Source: an uncultured bacterium (GTDB taxonomy: Bacteria > Auribacterota > Erginobacteria > Erginobacterales > Erginobacteraceae). Taken from it: a stretch of 33,090 nt of DNA. The notes under the pieces are model-generated. The model had not been told where the DNA came from, did no database searches, and was given only the letters and a program-made list of their open reading frames with translations. Numbering within the stretch: the stretch's first letter is position 1; every line of letters starts with the position of its first letter. The stretch is from the NCBI GenBank assembly GCA_963822585.1, contig CAWGIE010000020.1, positions 1 to 33,090 of the forward strand, given 5' to 3'. Shown piece by piece: positions 32,951 to 33,090 of this stretch. The position numbers and the translations under genes are program-made.

Positions 32951-33090
32951 GGGTAACTCCTGTCTTAGATGAGGTTCACGACACCTCGATCTTCAAGACA
33001 GGGAGTTCCGCCCGCTATCGACGATCTCTCCTCTGGTTACCGTGCTCGCGGTCGGTCACCCCGCGCAGCGGGCTATCGCGCAGCGATTTT

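Larger units (their letters stand above)
30430..33090 (-). mobile_element. Tyrosine recombinase + IS91-family (HUH/Y2) transposase element; boundaries approximate
   Basis: Co-oriented integrase and transposase 12 bp apart, with structured non-coding flanks (13-bp inverted repeat at 30442-30499; hairpin at 32955-33007). Confidence 0.75.

Noticed and set aside
30500..33090. Terminal inverted repeats (AAATCGC near 30513 versus GCGATTT at the window end)
   Set aside because: Only 7 bp match before the window ends, too little to support, and IS91-type elements usually lack terminal inverted repeats.
1..33090. tRNA, rRNA or known riboswitch
   Set aside because: None recognised by eye; an Rfam/Infernal scan would be needed to exclude small RNAs.

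Overview
High-GC sequence of alphaproteobacterial (Hyphomicrobiales-like) character. Most genes are broken by scattered single-base indels, most likely long-read consensus errors, so many calls are stitched across frames and their ends are approximate. Left to right: a PAS-GGDEF-EAL protein convergent with a HerA/DUF87 ATPase; a zincin peptidase plus Ddl-like ATP-grasp pair; a YihY remnant; a minus-strand oxalate/C1 cluster (tctCBA, GntR, oxc, frc, formyltransferase, fhs, MFS); a phytase-like beta-propeller; a loose aromatic/organic-acid catabolic region (solute-binding proteins, class II aldolase, 2-hydroxyacid dehydrogenase, LigAB-like dioxygenase, flavin monooxygenase, two racemase-fold proteins) interrupted by a low-GC PD-(D/E)XK nuclease; and a tyrosine recombinase + IS91-family element. 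Seven REP/RIME-like palindromes lie in intergenic spaces. Two observations stand out. (1) The formyltransferase between frc and fhs resembles a stand-alone N-terminal domain of ALDH1L/10-formyl-THF dehydrogenase rather than Fmt, suggesting a direct formyl-CoA <-> 10-formyl-THF link. (2) Frc carries an 85-aa histone H1-like Lys/Ala N-terminal tail. All family assignments come from motif recognition; no searches were run.
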